Positions 12,045-24,355 of a stretch of 64,000 bases of DNA are shown one piece after another (within the stretch, counting starts at the first letter, position 1; each line of letters starts with the position of its first letter). A model generated the notes under the pieces. It saw only the letters and a program-made list of their open reading frames with translations, had not been told where the DNA came from and ran no database searches. This DNA is from Camelus dromedarius (Eukaryota): the NCBI RefSeq assembly GCF_036321535.1, contig NC_087436.1, forward strand, positions 115,198,001-115,262,000. Reading direction: 5' to 3'. Position numbers and translations under genes: made by a program.

Positions 12045-13860
12045 CTAGTAGTTTTTCTTCCAAGAGTGATTATTGTAGTGAGTATTTGAGGGGTTGGAAT
12101 GGCTTGAGGTGGCCTTGCTTCCCTTCCATCTGACCCCACATGTCTGGGTATGAATCACGCTTCCTAGGTTATGGGGTGGGAGTGACAGGTGTTCCCTGAG
12201 TGGAACACTGTTCCCTTGGCCACTTTTATGCCCAGATCTCTGGCCACCAGAATCATCCATCTCAGAGAGTGCATTCATTGGAGCAGTTTTCCATTCATCT
12301 CTAGGACTTTGCTTAACACAGAGGACAAGACAAGGTGACTTTGGGGTCACTTTATTTTGGGGATAATGCAGGTCATCCATGAGGCTTGCTTTCTCCACCT
12401 CAGCAAAGCAGAGTTGCTCTGGAAGGGGCTGGTCCTTAAAGTGAGCAGCTATGTTTCTGATCAACCCAGAAATTTCTTTCAATTTGGTAAGAAAGCTTGG
12501 ATTGCCACAAGGTTGGCCCATGAGGTTCAGATTGATTCAGCTGAAGTCAAAGGTCAAAATGTTGCAGTCATATTTGGAGTAGTGCATTGCAAGGGCCGGG
12601 GGAGTGGGCAGAAGTGCGAGTGCTGGGGGCCCGAGAGCCTGCCACTGACGAGCAGGGGCTTGGTCTCAGCCTTCCAGAGCACCTGTGGTGGTGCCCTTGA
12701 CGGCAGCAACTCTCTCTCTCTCTCTGGCTAGCTAAGAACCTTCACCTGCCTCTGACTGGGATCAATGCCTAAGTGGCTGTGAACACAGAGAGAGTGTGTC
12801 TCAGGAATCACATGTTCCTGACATAGACCAGTGCAGGCACCCAGGAGAAAAAGGTAACTTGGGTCCCAGGAGATGTTGAGTGGTAGGATGTGGCTGGAAG
12901 GCAGGAGGATATTTCCCCAAGAGGAGAGAGTCACCACTGCCAGCAGCCCCAGTGGGTGTCAGTCTTTTCATAAGCTTGGCCTCAGGGCACTTTCTCTCAT
13001 AATTTCTATGTGATCAAGGTGGTTTGCTCAGCAGCGCCCGCAGCAACAGCAAGAGGAACACCTGGTCCATAGAAGGACATGGGCAACTTCACCCTAGGGA
13101 TGAAGGTGGGAGGGACCAGTCCGGGACACGCTGTCAGCATCACATGCCACTTGCTGCGGGTCAGGAGGACATACCTAGCTCAAGTTATCTGGGGAAGGCG
13201 GCTGGGGGACCCTGTCATCTGTGAGCTTCCCCCCAAGTTTTCAGTCCACTGGACGCTGTGCCTGGGATGGAGTTCAGGGCTTGGGTTTGGAGCAGCATCT
13301 GGTCACAAAACAAGCCAGCTTTGTTCTGGGGCCAGGGCTCCACTTGCCTCGCGGGGGACAAGCCTGTCTCTCTGCTCAGATAGGGTGGTGCATCCTCCTG
13401 GCCTGGGAGAGGCAGCACCACTTTTCGTTCTATAGAAAGATGTGAGGTGTGGTCCCCTCTCCTCAAGGCAGAAAGGCTGCCCTGGAGGGGGGGGTTCTTT
13501 TTCTTCTTCTTTTTACTCCATGGGCAGCTTCTGAGAGGGCCAGTTTGTGGCTTGCTAGAACCTTCACAGAAGGTATCTTCCATCTGAAAGATCAACAGGT
13601 GACCTCTAGGGAGGGCACAGCCCGGAGGCAGGGGGAAAGCATCTTCTTGGAGCTGCTGGGGAAGATGTTTTGCTGCAACTCTCTCTGCCCTGGAAGCCCA
13701 GGCCTCCTCCAGAAGTTATGATCAAACAGGCCAAGACGGAGGCTGCTGTGGACAGGGTCCTGCCCTGGGCGAGGCTGGGTCCATGCCTGCCTAGGAGGTT
13801 GGTCTCCCTCCGGAATTCAAGAACTTCAAGGCTGGGAACCTGCTTCTTTGGCTGTTGTTA
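12045..13860 (-). pseudogene. Candidate decayed coding sequence (retrocopy or dead exon); parent not identified
   Basis: GC-rich block in an AT-rich background with a Kozak-like GGCATGG at 13784. Long minus-strand frames (13215-13595 and 12045-12521) are broken by scattered stops, including TGA. A codon-aligned antisense ORF lies at 12357-12731. No poly(A) or TSD seen. Confidence 0.45.
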
Positions 13861-16249
13861 CTGCTCTTTGTCAAAAATATTTATTTTAATGTTATTTTTC
13901 ACATAGAATTCCATACCACAAAAGAGTTAAAAATGTAAAGGAAACGGGTATTTATTTATCAAATATGATGTGCCAGACACATTCTCTAGGACGTATCATT
14001 TTACTGTATTGTTTTACATTAACCCTGTGAATTAGGTCTCACTACCCCATTTTCAAGATGAATATATTGAGCATGGGTCAAACCCCTCAGTTTACAGGGT
14101 TGTGAATCCAGGTGGTGTTTGTTTGGACAGATCCTTCAAATGATGCAACACTGTTTCACTTGGGACAACTCATTCCGTACACTTCAAGTTTTCTTAAATG
14201 GCCTACTTAAAATACAATGTGTTTATATATTTATTATCTAAAATAAAAAATGACCTCTTGTAATCTAATAACCTGCGAGGGTGATGGATTGGTCTATTTC
14301 ATCGTAACTCATATATGGGGAAGCTGAGTCCCCCTAAATGAGTCACCTGCGGGCCCCAGCCTGTGTGGGATGACACAGTATTTGTCTTACAGTCTCTCCT
14401 ATATCTTAGTGTGACACTCATTTTACTCTGTCCTGCTTTTGTCTGTGGATTACGATGGAGTGTACTGAGAGGGAAAATGTGCTGGGGACCTTAATTCACC
14501 TGTTCAGGACTTCCACTCTGTTTAAGGGCTTTCCCATAATCCCATGTATGCATACTTCTGAAACTAAAAATGATTTTGGAGAGCATGCCCCACGACCCTG
14601 TCCCTGGACAGGGGACAGGAGACAGGGGCGGAGCTCAGTGGACTCCCCAGACAGAAAGGCATCAGTGTAGCCAGGTTCCAGAGAGCTAACGGAGTGTTGA
14701 AGAACTCAGGGAAAGTGCTCCGTGGTGCCAGGTCTGAAACAGCAGCAGGAGATCTGAAACTCAGCCTTCCTGAAAACTGGAGGAGTTTTCTGCTCTTTCC
14801 TATTTTTTCTTCCTTATATATTTAATGAATTTAAAAAATGGGTTAGTTGCACATGGGACAGCTTCATCGTTCCAAGCAGTGTGGACAGACTTTTAGATGG
14901 TGACATCATTGTAGAGCTCAGATGCGTTCTTTGCTAAAAGCAGGAAAGCTTCCGGCAGGCTGCAGTTTAATGAGGCAATCTCAGAGCAGCTCAGACTATT
15001 GTTTGTCTCTTGCCTTTGTTTGCAAATTCAGCACAACTTCATGAAAACTGCCAGAAAATGACAAGAATCTAGCAAAATTACTCATAACTCAAGGCACTGG
15101 GTGAAACCAAACTGTCATCGCCTCTTCCTGTAGCAATTTGAGATGGCCGAGGAGACAGGCGCCTGCACGGGGGTTTACAAGGTCAGGAGAACAGCAGCTC
15201 GGCGGAGACATTTTCCACAGCAGTTCTACCTCTGAGACCCAGCACTGTGGGTTCCACAGCTGTGGCTGAAAAATCTCTGCTGCCCAGAAAATTGGCTTGT
15301 AAAAGTCACTTTGTGAAAACAGTCCTCAAAAATAAGGTCTCAGTGAGAATAAAGATCATGATTGGGTTTCCAAAACAAAGAAAGAAAAACACTCAATGTC
15401 TATTTTTATTAGACATGTAGCAGTTACAAAAGAAGAAAGAAGGAAAAGGAGGAATAGGCGGAGGAGGAAGAGGAGGAAGAGGAGATTATGGGGAAGCCCT
15501 TTAACAACAGTAAAGTTCTGAACATATGAAGTAAGATCTTTGGTGTATTTTCTGTCTCAAGAGACTCCATCACAAGCCACAAACGAATGCAGGGCTAAGT
15601 GTCACACTAAGATGTAGGCGAGTATCTCAGAGGGATACAGTTTCATTAAATATAAGTTGAGGTCCCTTAGGGGGATCATTTGGGAGGAGGAGGGCAGGAA
15701 GAGGAGGATGGGGAGGAGGAAACAAAGAACATTCTGAGAAATGACTAACTTACGGGTTCAAGGGTGTTATCCACACTGTGGAGATTTCGCCCTCCCAGCA
15801 CCAGTGTGATGAAAGCGGGAGTAAGTAACACGTGAGGGGCCCCATCCCTTCCCCAAATTCCTTCCCTCACACCCCCCGTGAGAATGTCACCTCTCTGCAC
15901 TTGAATAATGGGTGACATAGAGAATCATGAAAGAAGCAAGACACGTGACTAGTTGGATTTGGGAGGAAGACATAGGGAAGAGTGTGTGGATGGGGTTGTT
16001 CGTGAGGCTAAGAACAGACATGGGAAATGAGACAATTGGGAGGAGATTTTTCAAATTCTTGCTAATCCTCTTGGGAAACATATGGGGTCACCGGAATACC
16101 TTATTTCACCATTTTGGATGCTTAACTTTCTTAATGTGACTTTTTTCTTTTTCTTTTATTTTTGACAAAACAATCAGAGTTCTTTACGTGCAGCAGCTAC
16201 ACACAGGCACTCGCTAAGGGCTTTCGCCCCCTGTCTGCAGTCCGTGTAA

Positions 16250-16860
16250 AGGGAGAGTGCTGTCTGTCTCGGACAGTGGAGCTTAGAGAGGGTAAGTTCA
16301 TCCCGTACTCGGCTCTGGAGTACATGGAAATGCTGCCCAGACACCAGTGGGGGGTTGTGTTCCACCCCTGTCGCCTGTTGACTCTCTAATGTCTCTTGCT
16401 TGTCTTGATCTCCTCTTTGGGGCTGGTGTTTTGTGCCTGATTGGATCTGGAGGTGAGGCTGTGGCCATGGCCAGGCAACGTGGCTCACCAGTGGACCACG
16501 TGCGGACGCCAGCTACGTGGGCACCTTGGACTTGGCAACGTAGAGGAGCATTTGAGTTGCCGCTCTTCCCTCGCGTTCCACTGCCCTCTCCCACGCTGGG
16601 AAGCCAGGCAGGCGCTCGTTGCTACGGAGGAGCTTCGGCACAGCGGAAGAGGGAACGAAGATGTAAGCGGCCCTGACGTTCTCCAGGGTATGTCAGTTTC
16701 TCTGTTATAAACGCACTGCATAGAGCCTTACGCTGACTCTTCTCTTCTTCAGTGTGACGAGTAGCTAGACGAGAAGGGAGCATCGGGGTGGTCCAGGAAG
16801 CCAGCTTTGGTCCACCGAGTTGCTCTCGGGGCATCAGGGTAAGTGGAACAAGCACAAGAT
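16250..16860 (+). promoter_or_regulatory. CpG-rich promoter-like element with RFX-like half-sites and clustered 5' splice sites
   Basis: About 25 CpGs counted by eye in 16470-16840. GTTGC/GCAAC X-box-like motifs near 16470, 16535 and 16618. Donor-like GT at 16292, 16453, 16688 and 16839. Confidence 0.45.
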
Positions 16861-17909
16861 TGATGATAATAAGGTCTTTCCCGGTCAGTCCAAATATAAG
16901 GCTGCTTCCTCACTAGTAAAACAAGGGTACTACTAATAATACTGTCCCTGAGAGACACCCTCAGCCGGTTGCTGCAAAATTGAAAGGGGATCCTTAGAAA
17001 GAAGAGATTGGTCGTCAAGACTGAAAGTCCCTCACAGTCAAGTTCCTCACTTGAGATCAGACACGTTCTAATTGTCTTCCCCTGAGTCCTAAGGGAGGCT
17101 TCTGGAAAATGAGAGCATAAGAACAAGTGTTGTGTGGGCTTTTAGACAATTTAAATCCATAGCATTCAATTTTTCTTAAGTCAAAAACCTGCTGAGATTT
17201 GACGAAAACTATGGGAAGCTACTCTCTCTAGCAATTACACGAATGCACGCATTTGCAGGAACTAGCAGTGGATTTCAGGTCCAAATGATCTATTGAAGCC
17301 AAGAGATTAGAAACTAACGGCAAAGATCCAAGACATAAAGAATTCGGGGGGATATTTTGGTAATATGGTCAATTTCCAAATGGTTGCTCATCATCTCGAA
17401 ATTTTCACGAAAGAAATTACGGTAAGACTCTAAAGCTGGGTAGACCCTGGGATCCTTAACCACGCGTCACAAGGAAGGGTGATTTCTATATGGAAAGCAG
17501 ACCTGAAACAGGAAAACCAGAAAGAAGTGCCTCAAATTCTCCTTTGCTTTTAGAACAAAATGCCGAGTCCATAAGGCTGTCATAAGGGCCTCGCGCGCTT
17601 GGGTCTCCAGCGGCCAGGGAATGCTCACCTCCTTCCATTCTGCCTGAGCTCCCGGCACACCGACCTCTAGCATTTGCTTGAGCATTAAATACTTCCTTGC
17701 ACCAGAGCTTAGCAGCTCAGTCCCTTATCCTAGAAACGTTCTTCCTTCATCTAATGCTAAGATAGACACCTTTTCATCCTCTAATCAACTTGTCAGAGAA
17801 GACTTTATTGATCACTTTTCTCTAAAATAACCCACCTTCACCCCAAACTCAGTGTTTAGTGTCTCCTTCAGAGCTCTACCTGCAGGCTGTAATTAATTTG
17901 ATTCTTTAA

Positions 17910-18110
17910 GAATAGTAGCTAACATATACTGGGCACTTACCACATACCAGGCTCTAACATTATAGAATTTAATCCTCACAACAACTTTAAGACACAAGTC
18001 TTATTCTTATTCCCTTTTAACAGATAATTGGAAACTGAGACACAAAGAGGTTAAGTAACTTGTCCAAGGTCACACAGTTAGAAAGAGGGGAACACAGAAT
18101 TCAAACCCAC
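17910..18110 (-). mobile_element. MIR inserted in an L2 3' remnant
   Basis: GGAAACTGAGACACAAAGAGGTTAAGTAACTTGTCCAAGGTCACACAG. An L2 3'-end motif ATATTTGTTGAAGAAATAAATGAA follows near 18260-18282. Confidence 0.8.
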
Positions 18111-18969
18111 TTCTTCTTGCTGGACCCCATTCCTGTTCTGACTTGCTGTTGCGTCTTCCCTCTCTGTCCCCACTAGGAGGAAGGTTCCAAGGGCGGACGC
18201 CCCTCCTGACCTTACTGTGGCATCTTGGAACAGTGTGTGCACATACTCTGTGGTGAGATATTTGTTGAAGAAATAAATGAAAGGAAGGAGGAGGGTCTCT
18301 AGAACCTCTCAGAAGAAGGAACTTGAGAGGTCAGGTCTGGGAAGTAAACATGAGGCTCACATAGCAGATAAAAGGGAGGGAAATTTACTTTGGATTCAGG
18401 GCTCCATACTTAGTTAATTCAGGGTTTTGTCTAAATCCTTTGCCTGATCCAAACCTCGTTTTCCTCAGTGTTGTCGATACTGCGGTTTATGTCAAGTACT
18501 GAGCCCACAGCAGGGCCTCGGTGTGTTGCAGTGGGTGTGACAAGTGGGGAGAAAAAGAGAGGGGGAGAAAATGGGGAGGAAGAAAGTGAGATGGAAATCA
18601 GATTCACTTCGTTGAACTTGTATAAGCATAAAACGTTATTTTATCAACTATACATTTCTAAGTAAATCTTAAATGGTCAATCTCGTAAGTCTTAGATACT
18701 GTGGTCTATTTTGGAGTCAAGATTCTGGAATTTTTATTACTGCTCCATAACCTGTGGTGTGCTGGTACACGTCTAACAGCTGGCTCTTGGGGCAGGGACC
18801 AGGGCTGGTTCCCAGCCATTGTTGATTTCCATGTCATAAACAATTTCCAGTGTGACTGGCAAGCTACCAAAGTGACATCCCTGAACACAGCGTCAGCTCT
18901 TACATGCCAGTGCGAGCTGGTTCCAGTGTACCTCTTGCAATGTAATATTATTTCAACCCTGCAGAAATT

Positions 18970-19110
18970 CTCTCTCTGAGACTCAGTTTCATGGTCCATA
19001 AAATGGGTGTATTAGTAGGTGCCTCCCTAATCTGGGGCTGTTAGGCTGATTAAATGTGAAAATTCATGGAACTGCCAAGCACAGTGCCTGAAACACAGCA
19101 GTGAAAAATG
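18970..19110 (+). mobile_element. MIR fragment
   Basis: CTCTCTGAGACTCAGTTTC...TAAAATGGG...GCACAGTGCCTG. Confidence 0.7.
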
Positions 19111-21824
19111 AATATTGGTCTTTGATTTTTAAAGATAATTGAAGGCTAAAAATTCAAAAAATTTCCCCAAGGTTGTATTGATAGAAAAGTGGAAAGAGAA
19201 ATCAGTTCTCTTAGGAGAAACAATATTTATCTTACTTCTTCACCTTCTTTTTTATTCAATCTCCATAATAATCTGAACATTTTTCCTTGGCTCTCATTTC
19301 CTCTGACTAGAGCTGTCTAGTCAAGTGAAGAAAGGGCGAAATAAATGAGAAGCAATAACTATGTTCCCTGCACCATGTTTGCTTTATAAATAAAATGAAT
19401 CTGTCAGAACATTCTGTCTGATAAAATAACATAGCCAAGACCCTAAATTTGAATTTATAGGATCTTAAATATAAGGATCAGGATTTTAATAAAAAGTTTA
19501 AACCTTGATTTATGACAAGTTGCAAAACAACTGACTATACACACAGAGATTTGTACATGTGTGTGTATATGTATATATATATATGTATATATACACACAT
19601 ATGTGTACACATCCATATATTCATATTTATACATAGACCTCTATGTGTTCATATATATTAAGTCACAATTTTTTATTCACAAATTTTTATGTAATTTGGA
19701 ACAAGCAGACCAAAAAATAATACGTTTATTGATTCATTTTTTCATTCATCTATTTATTCATCCCCTGAGTCATTTACGCCTCAGATCTTTGTGGAATATC
19801 TGCACATGTGAGACACTGGGCCAGGCAAGAGGACAAACCGAGATGAATTTAAGGGTCCCCTGAACTGTAGGAATTAACCAACTCCTAGGAAGATAGAAAT
19901 ATGTGGAGATAATTACAAGTCAGAAAGGAGCAGAGCATCATGATGAAAGTGGAAGAGGGAGGCACACAAAGTTTGTCATCCTCAATTTTGTAAAGTAATG
20001 ATTTCGCAGGGAACCAAGTGGAGGGGAGCACTGCACTTTATTATATACTTATCTTGAAGGACTTGCTCCAAATAATTCAGCACAGAATTGTCTCTTTGAG
20101 AGCCCATCACCAAGTATTATCCAAAACTTATTACACCTTCTTGGATTCAAAGTCTGACACTTAACGTGGTGATACACCTGGGGGCCTGTAGATGGCAGGC
20201 TTCACTCATTGTTCCTATGGATTTTATTCACACCTGTCGGATGCCCTGTTAAACTTTGGGTCACAGACGTCTAACCCGCCATCTAGCACTGCTCTGCCAG
20301 TGAGCTACGTATTTATTTACCTGATGCGTCTTAAAAACCTTGTGGTGCCACACATTTTTCATGTCAGGAAATTTTAATGTTCCTGAGCATTTTGTGAGTA
20401 CAGCTCATAAATGTGTGTGTAGGCAAGGCTTCAGATTGAAAGAGTTTTGATCTTCGAATGCAAACAAGGAATTATTTAAGAAAAAAAGTTGATGCTGTAG
20501 AAAAATCAGGTAAATTGAAAGTAGAGGCCACTAACCCCGAACATAAACATGCCTGCTAAGCACAGGCACTCTTTGCAACACCCCCACACCTGTCCCTTCT
20601 CTGAGATTAAGGAAATTTGTGAGCACTTGGCCTCAGGGCTGGAATTATTTTAACTAAGCAAGCATTTGTTGACTTTCTACTAGGTTCAAGACATTGCATT
20701 AGGTGATAAGGGAATATATATTTGAATAAGCATAAAAACCTGCCTTTGAGACTCATAATTTTGGGAAGGAGACTGATAATGAGGCAGCTAGAATGTTACA
20801 TCAGAAATTCCAGCAAGGTGCTACGGGAGTGGATACTACACCTCATAATGGTGGATAAAATATTTGTGGAAAAGTTGGAATTATAATTGGCTGAGGGATT
20901 ATGCATAGAAACTTCACGGGCAGTTCTGAAGATAAAGCACTCCAAATATTTGCATTGTTTGGACAAAACATATTTTGCAAGTTCCTTGGAGGCAAAAACT
21001 GTGTGCCCTGTTTTCTCCCCCACCCCCTCCATTTTATGTAACATATAAGGAAACGTTTGTGATATTCAGTGAAATTGAACATTAGATTTCATGGCCAACA
21101 AATCTATATAATCCCAAAATAAATGAGACTCTATCTTACATGCAACTGACTCTATTTCTTCAAATAATTATATACATATACATGTGTATATATATATATA
21201 TAAAATCACATTAAAATATACCTATTTGGCAACTTTACAGTTTTAAATGTTTGCTTATTGTAAAAAAGTTGCAAAATTCAGAAAAAATATTAGATAGTCA
21301 TAAAAGTAGCCTATAATCCTACCTCTCTGATAAGGCTATTCCTCATATTTCAGTGTTAAATAAACTTTGTTTAAACAAGCATGCTAATAGCATGATGTCT
21401 ACATTTATTAAAAATGACCAAAATCAGACTAAAATTATTGACACACAAAGTCAGTCATGAGCACAGTGACATTTTCCTGCCTTGGTAAAAATTATAAGTG
21501 ATCGATGAAAATGATTTCCAACTTGAAACTAGAAAACATAATATGCATTTTTCCCTAGTGGCATCTCAGCGTTGAGTCTTGTACCTAAAAGATTTAAGTC
21601 CCAGATAAAATGAGTTATTTGTTGGGTAGTTGCTTCTCTTCCTGAAACTCTATTTCCTTTTCTCTAAAGTGATGTCGTCACGGACTCTCACTTGTGAGGC
21701 TGAAGGGACCTCACACAGCAGGTGCCTGTGAAGGATAACTCCCTCCCTGCCTCTCTTTATGTAGAGAGTCCCTTTTCTCTTGCTCACTGAGAATTTCTGA
21801 GAAGCTTGTCAACATTGCCCCAGT

Positions 21825-22033
21825 AAGGATTTCTCAGCCTCAGCGCTATTGATATAGGGTCAGATGAATTTCGTTATGGGGGCTGCAGGATGCTGTGTGA
21901 TGTTTATCAGTATCTCTGTTCTCTGTTCAAGAGAGGCCAGGGGCAACCTTTGTAGTTGTGGCAATCAGAAATGTTTTCAGACATTGTCAAGTGTCTTCTT
22001 GGGGACAGAATCACCACAAATGGAGAATCACTG
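21825..22033 (-). mobile_element. MER20 (hAT-Charlie MITE)
   Basis: Reverse complement begins CAGTGATTCTC and follows the MER20 consensus. Homologous to 60624-60842. Confidence 0.8.
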
Positions 22034-22540
22034 CCCTTGTTCCTTAAAGGATGACTGCTCAGTGATGTGGTGGATGGCAGACATCTTTCTAACAGACTCA
22101 TGCTGTGCACTGTTGGTGTGTACAGCTGTGACGCTGGCTGAGTGTCCTCAGGCCCTGACCTCCCCAACTTTATTAAGCAGGTGCTGTGACCCCTTACTGC
22201 CCTCCCTCCATCACACAGATCATGAGAAGTCTTGGACACAATAGTTTACGTCTCAGCATCATTTTTCCCATATAGCTCATGAGATCTATGACTCTATGTT
22301 GTCACAGGTTCATTGTCTGGTTTGCCTTGGGTAAATACTTCACCCATTGAATTGCCGTCTCCCAAACTGTGCACCACTCTATCCAAGGGGGCTTCTGTCT
22401 TGGGTCCTGCTTAGTAGTCTGGTTTCCCACTGGCACTGCCCTACACCCCAAGCTGCTTGGCTGAGAATCGGCATCTTTCATAGTTTGGAATCATCTCCAG
22501 GAAACTAGGTCTCAATATTCTCAGTGACTGATACAGAAGT

Positions 22541-22542
<2 letters not shown>

Positions 22543-22631
<89 letters not shown>

Positions 22632-22656
22632 ACACATACACACACACACACACACA
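22543..22656. repeat. Compound (TA)24(CA)n microsatellite
   Basis: TA run 22543-22590, then a CA run with two TA interruptions to 22656. Confidence 0.95.
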
Positions 22657-22899
22657 TAAAATTTAGAATTCTTGGAAGGAGGGGTCCTATTGTTTGACTG
22701 TGACTGTGGTGGACATCTCTATGAAATAATGACAGCAAAGTTCCATCAAGATTTGAGCTAAACCATGCCGTTTATACTTGTCTGTTACTTTTATTTTCTA
22801 TCTTGATTATCTTTCTCTGTCATTTTATGATTTTACAGCGTGTATACAATTATGACTTATGTGTCTTCATTTACTTGGGTGACTTCAAGCATGTTTGAC

Positions 22900-23314
22900 A
22901 GTCCTGTCATGTTTCTTACTCTAAGAGCCCTGCCTGATGCAAGGGAATGGGGCTCTTCACAGCCCTAGCCACCATTCCATTCTCCTTTCTGACAGCTTTA
23001 TGATTTTCATGCCTAGCTAGATGTTCATTTGAAAATAGGATGACCTCTGAGAAACACCTCATCACCACCTCCATGAAATGATACATCCTTTCCACCAAGA
23101 ACTCCCTATTCAGTATATCTGCACCTGCCCATGCTATTGGGCATCCTTGGACATTAAATTCAGTCTAAGTAAAGTAAAACTTTTCATTATAATGTATATT
23201 GAACTTCTGGACTGACCACCATCCCAAATCTGTTTTTGACCATATCAGATTCCTTTATTCAGGTGTTTCTAGATTCCACTTTAATTTTTTCCTCTCATGA
23301 GTTCTAGAACCTAG
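22900..23314 (-). mobile_element. Possible ERVL internal sequence adjoining an LTR16-like LTR
   Basis: Directly follows the LTR 3' end on the minus strand and weakly resembles an ERVL leader/gag start. Boundaries are uncertain. Confidence 0.35.
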
Positions 23315-23354
23315 TGTTAGTTAATATTCCTCAAAAAGCAGAATCTCAGAGCCT

Positions 23355-24321
23355 GAGAGTCCAGGTCAGTGATTGAGTAGGAAGACTATAAACTCACCTT
23401 TTCCCACAGACACACCCAAACTACAAATACATATAGAACAAATATCTCTAAGAATGACCTGAAGTCTAGAAGGTCAGATTTTCTACAACAAAGGATATTT
23501 TTAAAAGGCCACATGGAGGTGGGAGAAGGGGCAGAGATGCAGTCTAGTCAGAACCCATGCTCCCGATATGGAGACCCACAAGAAGGGAGAATATTACAGC
23601 TGCAGAGATCTCCCCTGAGGAACAAGGGGTCTAAGCCCCATATCAGGGTCCCCACCCCAGGGACCTTCACTGGGAAGACAAGTTCCATAACATCTGGCTC
23701 TGAAAGCCATCAGGGCTCATGGGGGGTGGGCAGAAGACTGTGGGAAACTGAGAACCTGCTGTTGCAGGATTTGCACGGAAGCTCACCCACTCCAAGTTCC
23801 AAAGCAGAGTCAGCACCAAGAAGAACACCCGAGTCATACGAGATTGAGATTCATTGACTAATTTTATGACATGTGCCAGAGAGGCAGGGATCTAACAGAA
23901 CTTTCTCTGGGGATGGAAGTTCTGGTGAGTGTCATGTCTTTTCTTTTCTTCTGTTTTTAAATATCCTTCAGCTAACAGTTGCAGCCAAGATTTATAGGGT
24001 GGACACTGTCGCCATCCACCAATGCATCTGCAATAGCCATGGTTGAATCATGCAGACAGCTGGGCCAGGGCCTGCCCAGCCCACCAGCATGCCTACAACA
24101 ATCATCAGCCAACCACCACAGGAGGTCACATGCAGCCCACAAAGAGGTATCCCTGGAGCACTTGGCCTCAGGGACCAGGGGAGATGGTGCCACCAGGCCC
24201 CACAAGATACCTTTTATGTAAGACCACTTTTTCTAGACTGGGAAACATAGCTGATATACCAATACACAGAAACAAATAAAAAGAGTTTGGCAAACTGAGG
24301 AGACAAAGGTGTAGCTTCCAC

Positions 24322-24355
<34 letters not shown>

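Noticed and set aside
12335..12350. GTGAC-TTTGGG-GTCAC hairpin next to AATAAA
   Set aside because: A 5-bp stem is expected by chance and does not match the histone stem-loop.
12357..12731. 124-aa plus-strand ORF as a gene
   Set aside because: Codon-aligned with the minus-strand decayed frame, so best explained as an antisense shadow ORF.
16162..17126. Many overlapping ORFs on both strands
   Set aside because: Expected from high GC and few stop codons. No recognisable domain.
23513..24279. Cluster of overlapping ORFs
   Set aside because: They fall in the GC-richer L1 5'UTR, where chance ORFs are expected.
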